64,000 nucleotides of DNA, taken from assembly GCF_009914755.1 (NCBI RefSeq), contig NC_060942.1; one strand, written 5' to 3'. How positions within the stretch are numbered: position 1 is the first letter of the stretch; the number at the start of each line of letters is the position of its first letter. This DNA is from the human T2T-CHM13v2.0 reference genome, Homo sapiens. Below, piece after piece: positions 27,491 through 41,441 of the stretch. The translations under genes were made by a program, and so were the position numbers. The notes beneath the pieces were generated by a model. The model did not search any database, was not told the origin of the DNA, and saw nothing but the letters and a program-made list of their open reading frames with translations.

Positions 27491-29738
27491 ATGCCTTCAA
27501 GCTTGTTCCTTGTTATTGGTCTATTCAGGTTTTGGATTTCTTCCTCGTTAAATATTGGTAAGTTGTATGCATCTAGGAATTTGACTATTTCTTCCATATT
27601 TTTCATATCATTGCTTATTTTCATATCATTCCTTATAGTAGCCACTAGTGAACCATTGAATTTCTGCAGTATTAGTTGTCTCCTTTTTCATTTCTGATTT
27701 TATTTATTTGGACCTTTTCACTTTTTAGTTAGTCAGTTTGGCTAACAATTTGTCAGATTTGTTTAACTTTTTTCAAAACCAACTTTTTAATTGATCTTTT
27801 GTATTACTTTTTCATCTCAATTTCATTTATTTCTGTCCGGATTTTATTATTTCTTTTCATCCACTAATTTTAAGTTTCATTTGCTTTTGCTTTTCCAGTT
27901 CTTTAAGATGTATCATTAGATTGTTCATTTAAGATTTTTCCTCTTTTTTGATGTAGCCACTTACAACTATAAGCTTCACTTTTAGTACTGCCTTTGTTTT
28001 ATTCCATTTGGTATGTTGTATTTCCGTTATCATTTGTTTCAAGAAATTTTTCAATTTCCTTCTTAATTTCTTCATTGACCCACTAATCAGTCAGGAGAAC
28101 ATTGTTCAATTTCCATATATTTGTATAATTTTCAAAACTTCTCTTGCTATTAATTTCCAGTTTTATTCCATCATGGTCAGAAGAGAAGACGTGTTTTGTG
28201 ATATAACACATAGTCTATCCTTGAGAATGATCCACGTGCTAAGGAAAAGAATTACTATTCTGCAGAATTACTATTCTGCAGGTTTTGGATGAAGTGTTCT
28301 GTAAATATCAATTAGATCCTTTTTGTCTATAGTGCAGATTAAGCCTGATGGTACTTTGCTGATTTTCTGTCTCGAAGATCTGTCCAATGCTGAAAGTGGG
28401 GTGCTGAGTTTTCCAGCTATTAATGAATTGGGGCCCATCTCTCTCTAGCTTTAATATTTCCTTTATATATATGGGTGCACCAGTGCTGGATGCATATATA
28501 TTTAAAATTGCTATCTCTTCTTGCTGAATTGACCCCTTTATCATTATATAGTAATCTTCTTTGTCTTTTCTTGTAGTTTTTGTCTTGGAACCTATTTTGT
28601 CTGACATAAGTATAGTGAATTCCACTCTTTTTTGGTTACCATTGGCATAAGATATCTTTTCATCCATTTATTTTCAGTCTATGTGTGTCTTTGAAAGTAA
28701 ACTGTGTTTTTTGTAGGCAACAGATCAATGCGTCTTTCTTATTTTTTAGTCCATTCAGCCAGTCTATGTCTTTTGATTGGAAAGTTTAGTCTATTTACAT
28801 TCAATGTTACTATTAATAAGTAAGGAATTACTCCTGCAGTATTGTTACTTGTTTTCTGGTTGTTCTATGGTCTTCTCTTTCTTCTTTGTTTCCTTCCTGT
28901 CCTCTTCTAGTGAAGGTAACTTTTTCTTGTGTTATGATTTAGTTTCTTGCTTATTTTTTGTGTATCTATTGTATGATTTTTGGTTGGAAATTACCAGGAG
29001 GCTTGCAAATACTATCTTATAATCCATTATTTTAACCTGAAAACTATGTAACACTATTTGTATAAACAAATAAGCCAAAAGAAACAAATAGAATTTCTAT
29101 GCCTTAACTTTGTCCCCTTGCTTGTTAACTTTTTGTTGTTTCTATTTATATCTTATTGTACTGGCTGCACCTTGAAAAGTTACTGTAGTTATTACTTTTG
29201 GTTGATTTACCATTTAGACTTTCTACTTACGACAAGAATAGTTTATACACCACAGTTACAGTGCTATAATATTCTGTGTTTTTTTCTGGGTACTTACTAT
29301 TACCAGTGAGTTTTGTACTTCCAGGTGATTATTTCTTGCTCATTAATTTCCTTTTCTTTCTGATCGAAGTACTCTCTTTAGCATTTCTGGTAGGACAGGT
29401 CTGGCATTGATGAAATCTGTCAGCTTTTGTTTTTCTGGGAAAGTTTTTATTTCTCCTTCATGTTCAAAGGATATTTTTGCTGGATATGCTATTTTAGGGT
29501 AAATGTTATTTTCCTTCAGCACTTTTCATATGTTATGCCACTCTTTCCAGGCCTGTAAGGTTTCCACTGAAAAGTCTTCTGCCAGATGTACTGAAGCTCC
29601 ATTTTATGTCACTTGTTTCTTTTCTCTTACTGCTTTTAAGATCCTTTCTTTATCTTTGACCTTTGGGTGTTTGATTATTAAATGCCTTGAGGTAGCCTTC
29701 TCTGGGTTAAATCTACTTGTACTTGGATACTGATATTG

Positions 29739-29895
29739 GTCATGAGAACTCAATCACAAGACAGCACTAGGGGATGGTGCTAAGCCATTAGAAACCACTC
29801 CGATGATCCAATCATCTCCCACTAGGCCCTACTTCCAACACAGGGGATTACAATTCAACATGAGATTTGGGTGGGGACACTGATCCAAACCATCT
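29739..29895 (-). mobile_element. MST (MaLR) LTR fragment nested in L1
   Basis: acagcactaggggatggtgctaagccatt...caattcaacatgagatttgggtggggacac...aaaccat. Confidence 0.85.
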
Positions 29896-32361
29896 CCCCA
29901 TCCTTCTTTGGGAGCTTTCCAGATATTTGAAAGGATTCGAGTGTTGTGATCTAAGCTGTATCTGCTTCAGCAGGTACATCAAACCTAGTAACACTATGGT
30001 TCTTGCAGACTGCTAGAGCTACTGCCTTGACAGTCTTGGACCAGGTCTGGGAGAATTCTCTGGATTACAGTGCAGAAACTCTTGTTCCATTCCTTTACTT
30101 TCTCCCAAACATAGAGTCTTTCTATCTGTTCTGAGTCACCTAAAGCTGGGATGAAATGACACAAGCACCCCTGTGGCCACCACTACTGTGACTGTGCTGG
30201 GTCAGACATGAAGCCAACACAGCGTTGGGTCTCACCAAAAGCCTGCTGTAACTATTCCCTAGCTACTGCCTATGTTCACTCAAGGCCCTGGGGTGCTACA
30301 ATCAGCAGCTGGTAAAGCCATCCAGGCCTATGTCTTTACCTTAAGAGCAGCGAGGTCCCCCAGGCCCCATGTGTGTCCAGAAGTGCTGTCTGAGAGTCAG
30401 GGTCTATAATCAAATACCTTAGAGGTCTAACTGGTCCTCTACTGTATTGCAACTGACCTGGCACTAAAATCACAAGACACAGTCCCTCCCACTCTTCCCT
30501 CCCCTTTCCAAAGGCAGAAGAGCCTCACCCCATAGCTACCAGAGCCCCAGGCTATGAGGAGTACTGCCAGACTACCACTGATGTTCCCTTAGGCCCAAGG
30601 TTTCTTAAGTAAGCTTGTGGTAACTGCTGCCAGGCCCATGACTCACCTTTCAGAGCAGTGGACTCCCCTCTAGCCCAGAGCAGTTCCAAGGGCCAAGACT
30701 GGCATTGAGAACCCCAAGAGCCCGCTTGGTGCACTATGCCCCTGTGGCTATGCTGGTACCTAAGGTGCAAGACAAATTCTCTTTTACTTTTCCTTCTGTT
30801 TTTCTCAAGCAGAAGGAGTTTTGCCCCTTAGCCCATAACAGCCCATAACCTGAAGCCAGCCAGTCTCAGAGACTTACCCAAGGCCCCCCATGTAATACCT
30901 GGGTATTGCTGCTGGTTATTCAGGCCCAAGAGCTCTTCAGTTAGCTGGTGATGAATGCTGCCAGGACCAGATCCTTCCCTTCAAAGCAGTGTGTTCTCTT
31001 CTGGCCCAGGGATGTGTCTTGAAACGTTGTTGGAAGCTAGAGCCTAGAATGGGACCTCATGACTCTGACTGGTGCCCTATCCTGCTGTGTCTGAAATGGT
31101 ATCCTAGATGCAAGACAAAGTCCTTTCCACTCTTCCTTCTCCTCTCCTCAAGTAGAAGGAAGTGGTCTCTTTTGGAGCCTCAAGCTGTGCAGCCTGGAGT
31201 TAGAGGAGGGGTCATGCCAGCATTTCCTTGGCTCTCCCAGATGTTGTCTCAGTATGTCACATGCCCCCTCATTTCACCTTCTCAGGGTCTAATTCAGCAC
31301 TAGGACTTGCCTTTGAGTTGCAATCTTTATGGCCTAGAAGGCCTCTCAAGTTTACTTGGAGACATAGAGTGCTGTAGCCCTCAGTGGCAAGGTCTGTAGG
31401 CACTCAAGTTCAGACTGCTGGGATCAGTGATTCCCTTCTGGCTAGGGCTGGCTTACATGTTCCTTTCATGGGTGAGCATCAATTCATTGTGATCCTAGTT
31501 TCCTTTTGCTCTAATAGGACAGCACTAAGTTCAGTGCCTCACAATTGCTGTGTTCTCCCAACCCCAGTGCCCAGAGACACTCTCTGCACCATGCCATTGC
31601 TGCTAGGGTTGGGGAGGGATGGTGATGGTGATTCAGGACTGTGTTTTCTATTCTTCAGTGCTTCTTTCAGAGATATGAAGTTAAAACCAGATACTATGAG
31701 TGTTCACTTGATTTTTGGTTCTTAAAAAGGCATTTTTTTTTCTGAGTAGATAGTTATTAACTTGATGTCCTTGTGAGGGGCAGAGGGGGAAACTGTGGAT
31801 ATTTCTATTCTGCCATCTCTCTCCACCTCAGCTCCGAATGATTTCTAATGGCTCTATTCTGTGAATTCTGTGCATTGGGTTGAACAGCTTAACTTAATTT
31901 GGGGATTAGGAGGAGAATCAGGGGCATCTCAACACAGCCCATCTCAACCTACCAGAGTTCTTTATTGAGCCCTTTTTCTTATTTTTTAGGGGAAATAAAT
32001 ATTATTCTCCTTCTCTTTTTTATTAGCTATTCTGTGCATATATATATTTTTGGGGCTTCAAGGGAAAGGGTGGGACATAAATGAGGTTTTTTTCAGGGCA
32101 AATACTGTATTATAACTTCCCAAGGTAAATTATCATATCACGGTATCTTCAGCCAAACTAAATTAGATTTTCTCAAATATTTTATGTGATGCCTCATTGT
32201 ATATTTTCTCGTATTTTCTATGTCAGAATAATTTTTATCTAATTACTCTCTTAAAATCCTATCCATCCTTAAAGACATAACTAGTATTACATCTGTCCTA
32301 TCATAATATTTTAGAGTTTATAAACAATTTCTTTTGAAATCTCTCATTTGGATCAGACATT

Positions 32362-32948
32362 TGAAAGAAACCAAAATATTTTACCCCAAAATATACTTTG
32401 TGACATATTTTGAGATGAATGTTTAGAGAGCTAGCAAACAGAAATAGCCAGGCAAAGCTGTCTTTTGTGGAGGAGATTTACATCTGCAGAGAATCTGCAC
32501 CCATACAGCCAGACTTCCTTTAAGGCCCACCCTTGTTCAGAGCTAGAAAAGGTTAATTGAGAGTCTGACACTTGAAAGGTCTAAAGGAAACATTTCTTAT
32601 CTACTCCTTCTAAGGGCTGCTACCTGTGACATTTCATCTACGTAACAAGACCATCTTTACTAGCCAGGCCTCCTGCTTTGTTCCTCCCATAAACTGTCTT
32701 ATCACTCTTGCTTGATTTACCACCACAACCAGTTATTGGCTCTGCCATGAGCCCAAATTATTTCTGTAACCTCAAGATGGTATATAAGCTTCCATACCCC
32801 ATTAGGAGGTGAGAATAATCACTATGTGATTCTACTGCCATGCACATTAATAAATTTGTATGCTGTTTCTCCTACTAGTCTGCCTTTTCCTGATTGATTT
32901 TTAGTGAAACTTGAGGGCAAAGGGGAATTTTTTCCCTTGGCCAGTACA
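32362..32948 (+). mobile_element. MER34A-like ERV1 solo LTR
   Basis: TGAAAGAAACCAAAATATTTTACCCCAAAATATACTT...TACA, with TATATAA box, AATAAA and a 4-bp TSD CATT on both sides. Confidence 0.85.
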
Positions 32949-32973
32949 CATTTAATGCATAGGGTAATGGGAA

Positions 32974-33242
32974 TGAAATTGCCTTTGCAAAAATTATGAC
33001 AGTGGGAGGAATCTAACATAGCTGAGTCTATCTTGCTTCTAAACTCACAAGCTGTCTTTGCTCATTCCTTATCCAAAACTCTAGCTTCTGAATTTTTAGG
33101 GAAGTGGATTTGAGAAACATCTCCTGCCCTTCTACTTAGCTGGCCTTGTGATTGTTAAACTCTTTCTGTGCTGCAACTCCTGCTGTTCTCAGTTACTGGC
33201 TTTTCTGGGCAGCAGGCAAAAAGAATATATTGGGTTGTAATA
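32974..33242 (+). mobile_element. LTR26/LTR8-group solo LTR, internally deleted
   Basis: TGAAATTGCCTTTGCAAAAATTATGACAGTG...TCTTGCTTCT start and TTAAACTCTTTCT...GGGCAGCAGGCAA end, only ~270 bp long. Confidence 0.75.
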
Positions 33243-33295
33243 GAAAGACCATTAAATAAGGATTCAGAAGGCATGAGTGACTTTCAAATATGCCA

Positions 33296-33920
33296 ATATT
33301 TGTGCTCAGAAATCAATACCTCAAAACATGGCTTTCTGACATGAGGAACTGAGGAAGCCTCAAGGTCTTTCTGACCTTCTCAACTACCACCAAAGAAGCT
33401 GAAGTTTCCTTCAAAAGAAGCTGAAGTTCCTCTCCCAAAGAAAGTGAAGTTCCTCTATCTGGTTAAGATCCAGAACCACCAAGAAGAAAAATTGTTTTCT
33501 CTTCCCCTCCTTGTTATCCCATTATCTGTTTCAGGAAAAGAAGACCAAGATGTGACTACACCTGAGCAGACCTTTTTATAAGTGTGATGACTGTCTCCAA
33601 GGATTATTTAAATTTGAAAGAAAATTATTTACAAGTTAATTTCTGCCTCCCCATGCAATCATTCTCCCTAGCAATCATTAATTGCCCCTCAATAGAATGC
33701 CTCTTCTCTTCCCTCCCATAACCTGGATTCAAGCCCCCATTCTTTCTGTAACCCCAAGTAAAGTTTCTGTAACTCATTGGGAAGTTGGATCTTCATTCTG
33801 AAGGCTCCCATTTATGCGCACTCAATACATTTGTATACTTTTCCTCCTATTAATCAACCTGCTTCATGCCTGTGATTTTTAAGCAAATCTTTAGGGGGCC
33901 AATAGCAATGGCCCATAAAC
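33296..33920 (+). mobile_element. MER39-like ERV1 solo LTR
   Basis: gctcagaaatcaatacctcaaaacatggc...gaagcctcaaggtctttctgacctt...ttacaagttaatttctg...tcttcattctgaaggctccc. Confidence 0.8.
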
Positions 33921-35109
33921 CATTTAAAAGTGTACGACCTTGGGAAAGTAATTTATATCCCTTATATATTCCTCTTTTTTCAGCTATAATTCAGCTGAAT
34001 AACAACCATTTTACTAAGTAATTGAAAGACAAAATATATAAGCTTTATCGTTAATAAAATATTATAAAAGAATATCATTACTAAGTAGAGCTGATATTAT
34101 CACCACTTTACAAATGAGAAAATATTAGTAAGTTGGTTCAATATCTTACAGTGTTTAGGTGTGAATGTTCAGAGCCAAGTTAGGTCTTCTGTCTTGATAT
34201 TCATTTTATATTGACATGTAACTTGATATTCATTTTATATCAACAAGCAATACATTCATTGGCAGAAGACATGACACAATTTTGAATCCTTGTTTTTGTT
34301 TATATATTTATCTTTTTGATTTATAAGTCTATTTTTTTGCATTTTGTAGTTGCTCTATTTCCTATACTAGATTGTAAGCACATTTAGGTATTTATGAAAT
34401 CTTTACATAGCACATACTGTGTGTCCAGATGAGACAACAGGAAAAACAGATGCAGCATTAAATAACTTAACCAAAGTCACAAAGCCAGTAGATGGAAGAT
34501 TTTGTATTTTAATCTATTATCCAAGTCCAGAGACAGTGTGCTTTTTACTACACTTGGCTGGCTGTCCTATTACTCACTCATCTTTGAATTCTCTGAGTTC
34601 ATCAGAGATGGAATGTAAGGCTAAAAAACAAATCTGTTATGATTGTGTGTTGTACTTTGGACATCTAATATTAAAAATTATCACTATAGTATATTATGAT
34701 ATCCTTTTGGAGGATTTATATTCAATATAGACATTTAATATAGCTATAATAAAACTATATTACAGCTTTTTTAGAATTTAAGAATCTAATTGGTTTATAG
34801 CAAATTCTATTCAATTTACTATTTGATTTACTAAAACAGGTTTTTCAAACATGAGAAAAAACAGAGATACCTATAAAAATTCAAAGAGATTGTCTAGTAA
34901 TTTAGGCAGTCTTATCATCAAAATTAACAATAAATATTAAGAAAACTGAAATCTTAATAAAAGCCTTATTAATTGGATTTAGTATAGCTAATAACTGACT
35001 TATGATTTTTATCTTATCCAAAAAAAATAGGAAAAATATAAAAGTAAGTAAAAAAATTGGGGGGAAACAATTAAGTAAGACAATTTAAAATAACCTAACA
35101 TGATTTATT

Positions 35110-36190
35110 TATTTTTTTTTATCATGAGAACATCTCTCAATTCTTGAAGCTCAAATATTTGGTTGAATGTATTTACTCCAACCTAAAGCTAGAGCTGACA
35201 AAATTGCATTTAAATGCTCCATGGAAAGCTCTCTAAAATGTCCCATTGTTACTTCAAATTTGAATTGTGCAAATCTGAATTTAACATCTTTTCCACAAAA
35301 TTATTCCTCTGTTCTCCCCTTTCCGGCCTCCAAATTACCCTAGGCTTCTATCATGCATCCAGTTATAAACATTAGAAATTTAATAGTTAGTCCAAATTCC
35401 TCTCTGTTTTTCATTCTCACTCATTTCATATTTTAACAAGTCTTGTAGAATTTTCTTTCTGAATATGGCTCAAGTACATTCCAATGTTCTATCTCTATTT
35501 ATATCACCACTTTATTCAGCCCCCTATTGATTTATTATCTAGACCTTTCTAATCTGTACTTAAATGGTGTTCTTTCATCCAGTCTTGTCAATCTTAAAAT
35601 GATCTTCCAAATTGCATGCAGACTCATCCTTCTTAAATAAAATATGACTGTGCTATTCGCTCTCTTGTTTAAAAATTCTCAATTGCTCTCTAACAGCTAA
35701 AGGGAAATGTTTAATACCCATAGTTAGGCTTAAAGGTCCTTGATGATGTGACCCAGACTACTTCTAATTCAACATTTACCACTCTGTGTCCTGCACTTTA
35801 AACTGTAGCTCCCAGCATATACCCTTCTATCATAGGCTGATGATTTATTCACGATGCTTCTTTGACTGAAAAACTCTTCTCCCTGTCTTCAGCTGGTTAA
35901 TTCCCCTCAGCCTTGTATGTCACTGGTCAACTGTTGTTTTCAGCAGAAAATCTTTGCTGAACAATAATGGCTAGAATAATTATTATCTTTTCATCTTGAA
36001 AGGAAGCATCTTGGATATATGTTCAGCATAACATTTAACCACAATTTAATGAAATTATCTTTTCTTAACATTTTAAAGTAATACCCATGTAATTAGAGGC
36101 TCCACTGGAACCAAATAATATCCCTTTAAAAGATCTGGCTTTGGACGTTTTGTGATTATAACTAATATGCAATAAATATTGGTTGAACTT
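35110..36190 (+). mobile_element. L2 3' portion
   Basis: L2 motifs (ttcaaatttgaattgtgcaaatctgaa, aacaagtcttgtagaattttc, aaggtccttgatgatgtgacc), ending caataaatattggttgaa. Confidence 0.7.
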
Positions 36191-39100
36191 CAAGATAGTT
36201 ACATACTCCTATTTACCTATATAAACAGGACATTCTGTTTGCACTTACTCAGTAATATAACATCAAGCAGAATTTTAATTAAGAATGTTGTATCTTAATA
36301 CATAATTTTTTTCTGATTTTTTATTTGCATTAATCTGTAGTTAAGAAAAAATATAAGAACAATGGATTTTGTGTTACAGTTACAATTATATTAGAGAGTT
36401 TTTATAGACATTTTAATATTTCAATCTCAGAAATGAAGATAAGAAACATTTTTGTTGTAAGTCGAATATGCACTTTTAACAAGAAGGAAAATCAAATGAG
36501 AAAGTGCATCTTAGGAGAGGGAAAATGCTAAAAGGTTTTACTACTTCTCAAACATAAAACTCCAGGCCAGATGCATATTGAGAGAATTTGTGTTAACTAT
36601 AATATACTTAAGCACATATTCAACTTCACAGCTTTCATTTTTAGGAGCACACGTAAATTACTTTCTAAGAGATTATTCTCCTTCCCTGAAGGTAGGAAGT
36701 TGTAAGCTTTAAAACTGTATCTGACTCTATTCAAAATAAAAATTAAAACGTATTTTTTTTCTCTTGTTCTGAAGACAAAATTGGAAGCATGAAGGTCACT
36801 TGCAAACCAAATGTTTGCAAGAATGACCCATCTACCCAATGAGGATTCTGTCTTGATATAAATGAGCACCTTAAACTATAAATTGGTGCTTTTCAGAGAG
36901 GTGCTGAAAAATAAACTGCTATAAAATTGTCAGCAGCTGCCAACCAGAGAACTGATTCTGTAATTTAGTGAGAAACTGAAAAGATCAAAATCACATTTCT
37001 GCCTTTTAATGGGTCTTTGGCTGTTGCACAGAACCTGCTAATAGCATCGCAGAAGGGAGGAAGGAAGTAGAGGTCATAAGCACACTTTACATGGTTGAGA
37101 AAATGGATGTGCCTATTCTTAGGCAGCTGTGGGCTCTAAAAACAAAAGACTTAAAAATGTATTGGCCTTTCTCTGAGAGAATTAATCATATGAATTCAAA
37201 CAAAGCATCTTGCTATGCATAGAACAATTATTATAACTGTGAGTAATTGCAATGTGTTTTGTTTACCTAACTCCTTATTCAGAGGCATAAAACAATACAT
37301 AGTCTCTAGTTTATCCTTGTAACTGAATTCAGAAAAATTAGACACTCATCATGGTTTACAGGATTCTTACTTTAACCTCTTTGGTCAATATGTCCTTTGC
37401 CTCCATTGCACACCATAAAATAGTTGTTTATGTAAAACTTCTTGTAGATCCTATAGATTATAATTTTTCAGTAAACTCCATGTAGCTCCAGATCTTTGAC
37501 TCTAATGCTTATCTTGGCATTTAACAGGTTAAAAAGTGCTTTTTATCGTTTTTGGTCTTAAGAAAGACCAGACTCCTCATGTGGTTACATTAGCATGGAT
37601 TACCACCAGAATTGAAGAAAAACACTTCATTAGAGATATTTTAAGAGTTAGGTGATTCTACTTGAAATACACAAAAACGCATACATACTGTCTTCCCAAG
37701 GTATTTGATGATATTTAGTGGCCTTTTCCAAAGAAGATCAAAATAAATAATCATGGTCTTGAAACTCAGTAGGTTTAGGCAAAGCTTTAACTGAAAACAA
37801 AAATTAAAAAATTAATAAGTCAAAAAATAAAGTAGGTTATAGATCTACAGGCAGAAGACTGAATCCTTTGTACTCATGTTTTCAAAGTACAGCCTTAAGA
37901 ACATGCCATAAACATTGCAAACGCAACTAATTCTTATTTTGCTTTAATTATGATTGTTGTTTTTCATTTGAGGTTGACAGCTCATCTCTCCCAAGTACAC
38001 TTACTACTCAACATGCTCTGTTTCCTTCAACTCACTTTTCTTTAATGCACTTTTTTTTGTTTTCAAATTTAAGGTCTCCTGTGAATTGCTAATACTGCAT
38101 GCACTATTAGGCACTATCTTTCAAACGATAGTCATTAAAGTGTTCTTTTCCCTAATGATTGAGATCTCCCCAGATATAAATTAATATTTTAGAGGCATAA
38201 AATAATACTCAAAGGATACATGCCAGTAACCAAAGTTTAACAGAAACATTAGGCTTAAAAATTAGTGTGATTATAATTTTAAAATGAAAATTTATCTAGA
38301 TATTAAAATTGCATTTTATAGATTTCTTAGTGAGTTTGCTCATATTCCTGGCCTCTTGTTGTTTACTTACATTGATATTTTCCAAAAAGTTAGGGATGTA
38401 TCATCTTTTGTCAGCTGAGTCATATTTTCAGCTGACTTATTAAGGGACTTATTATGTAAAAAGAACATTACACCACTTCATTTTAAAAGAAAAACAGTAT
38501 CTTGACAGCATTTCTTTAAAAATAGTCTTTTGTATGTAAAACTTTGTTCAAAACAGAATACAATAGTATTTTCTTAATTACCATTACATACCATTGCTAG
38601 GGCATTCAAAGTTGTTGGTACACATGGAGAAAAATAAAAATTTTGAATTAATTTACAAATGGCGGTAATAAACAGATTTACAAAGCAATCAGCACAATTT
38701 CCAGATTTCTGTTTCTTAGCAATAGGATTGAGGGGGAAAATAAAGAATGAAAAACTCAATGAATATTTGCTGAAACATAAAAATTCTGCCTGTCAAAACA
38801 CATATGCAATGTGTTCTTTATCCATAATGTTCAATCTCAATAAGGGAAAACATTGCCCATTGAATATAGAAATAAGTTTTTAACTCTCTGCTTACTCATA
38901 CTACATTTAGGGACATGATGTTTTTAATAATATGTTTCATTTCTGTCCCTTTCTACTATAAATCTAGCCTGAACTTGCTCTTTTCATCTGAAGGGACTAT
39001 AGAACTCTTCCCAAGTAACTTGATTCTCAGCTAGTGTTTCTTTCCTTAATCCAGAGGTCCTCATTTACTGTTCTTTGTGAAAATGCAAGTTTAACTTCCC

Positions 39101-40119
39101 TGCCATCCTACTGACAGCATTGTGGGCCTTGCCCAGCAATCCTAATACTGTGGGCCAAAGTTCATTTTGCCAGGAGCCACAGCTTGGAATCCCTGCACAG
39201 CACTCTACCACTTCCACATGAAATGCCCCAAAAAACACCTCCATTTGTGGTCATATGTATTTTTCCCACACAATCATACTCAAGTTCTTATGGGGTTACC
39301 CAATTTTACAGATAAGTTGAAGGTAAGTTATATTCAACATAATGCTCATGGGCAGAAGAGAAATTAAAATAATACTCTTAATGTAACTATTTTTTAATAT
39401 AAGGGGAAAAATAACCTGTATGAGGCCTGAAAGATATGCCCTAACATCTAAACATACTTCTCTGTACTTCTGCTTACTCCTCAACTATGAAGCCACCTCC
39501 CATATTAAAAACCCCAAGATGCCACTTGTTCTCCCCTTTAATGAAATCTACCCGATGCTCCCCCATAGGTTTTAGTTTGAGTATCAGACTTATTCTTTCC
39601 TCAAGCTTCTTTCATCCAGTCAAACAATAAGACACTTAAATTTCCAGCAGTATATTTTATAATTGCAAGGCTTCTGCGGAACACAAGTGTGGATTTTAGC
39701 TCAAATTGCACATTTATTTGCATTCTGTTTGTTTGTGAGAGGTAAAGATGAAACTTTTCATCAATTCAAATCATCAAATTATAGAAAATTATTAATTAAA
39801 AGACACACATGCATGCACACACAAACACACCCACATTCACTCTCCCAAATATAAACATAGGTTCTCAAATTTACAATGTTGTTTAGAATTATATAGCAGT
39901 GTACATTGATTTTCACAGCTTCACCATGTGCTTGACAGAGATCATAATTATGTCATCTGTTATGCAGCACGGTAGTAGTTTGTACTTCTTTTTCTCCCTG
40001 GTTTTGTACTTTGAATGGTATTCTACAAATTAATAAGGGGCTCTTGGAAATAGGGCCACTTGCATGGCCAATCTGTTGTAAGCACAGGATGCAAGTAAAC
40101 ATCAATATTTTTGTTTCTC

Positions 40120-40455
40120 ATGTTCATTATGTATGCATTACTTAACTTCATTCCCAGTCCCCTTGGACTTATGTGAGGTCAATGGTATTAGAGTTCTAGC
40201 CAATAAAATAAGAGTGGGAATAATGTACATTATGGCGCACTGCCTCACATCTGACCTTTCAAACATTTCACACCATCCTCCATGGTGTCTCTACCATTGC
40301 GTCCTGATAGATGTAGAGGATTCAATGGGAAAGTTCTGAAATCCCTAGCTTCCGACCTCCTAGGCAATGGTCTGAGAAATAAAGAAACAAACCTCGGATT
40401 GTGTATAAGCTTTTTCGATTTAGGGGATGAGTACTTTTTATTCTAGTTATTATTG
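40120..40455 (+). mobile_element. Old MLT1 LTR fragment
   Basis: ttcccagtccccttgg...gagttctagccaataaaataagagtggga...aaataaa. Confidence 0.5.
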
Positions 40456-41123
40456 GTTTGTTTTGCTGTTTTTTAGTTTTTGTTTTGTTTGTTTTTATAA
40501 ATTGAACAGAAACAATTTTTAAACAAAGTATATTTCTTGTCATATCAAAAATAAGAGAAAATCCTGTTTTCTTTTGTTGTATCTCTTTCTCATATTTCCC
40601 TACTTTACTTGGAGTCATTTACTTTCTCAAGTGATCAGAGCCCTAGAAGTTCAACCCAAATACTTTCCTTTTATGAACATATGCTTCATTTAATATCTTT
40701 TGTTTTGTTGTTGTTTTATGAATTTTTTTAATCCATGCTATGTACTTAATTTTTTTGAATTGCTCTTTACTTACTAGGACCAGATAAATTAATTTACTTT
40801 AATGAAAAACAGTTCATTGGCATATTATGCTGCCCTGTAAGTAGCTTTCAGGAATTCAAGGAACTGATGATGAACAAAGACTTCAGAGAGGAGATGGTTT
40901 CATATTGTATATGGGCATTTGTATATGCCTGGAATGAGAGGAAGTGAATAGTAAGAGAAGAGTAGGGTCAGAAATCCAAGCTTAAAGAAAAAGCACACGC
41001 ACAGGAAGGTATAAGAAACACTATGTAATTCAGCAGTTTGTAGCCTTAATTACTAATTTTTAGATCTGTAACATTTCTATTTCACAAATTATTAACCCAA
41101 TGAATATATATCAATTAAATCTG

Positions 41124-41441
41124 GGCCTGGTGCAGTGGCTGATTCCTGTAATCCCAGCACTTTGGGAGGCTGAGGTGAGTGGGTTGCTTTGAGCTCAGGA
41201 GTTTGAGATCAGCCTGGACAACATGGCAAAACCCCATCATTCCAAAAAAAGAAAAAAAAATTAACCTGATGTTGGTGGCTTGTGCCTGTAGTCCCACCTA
41301 CACAGGAGGCTGAGGCTGAAGAATCGCTTGAGCATGAGAAGCAGAGGTTGCAGTGATCCAAGATCACACCGGTTTACTCCAGCCTGGGTGAAAGAGTAAG
41401 ACGCTGTCTCAAAAAAATAAAAATAAAATAAAATAACAAAA
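41124..41441 (+). mobile_element. Old Alu (AluJb/Sz6-like)
   Basis: Full dimer with TTGAGCTCAGGAG and an (AAAAT)n tail. Confidence 0.93.

Larger units (their letters stand above)
26604..31829 (-). mobile_element. L1 (L1M1/L1MA-L1PB age) with 5'UTR, partial ORF1 and ORF2 EN to RT; 3' half missing; inactive
   Basis: ORF 26446-26790 [16 protein letters not shown]...[15 protein letters not shown] matches L1 RT. ORF 28308-28667 ANGNQKR...IMIKGSIQQEEIAILNIYA matches L1 endonuclease. 5' start GGTGGAGAGAGATGGCAGAATAGAA on the minus strand. Confidence 0.9.
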
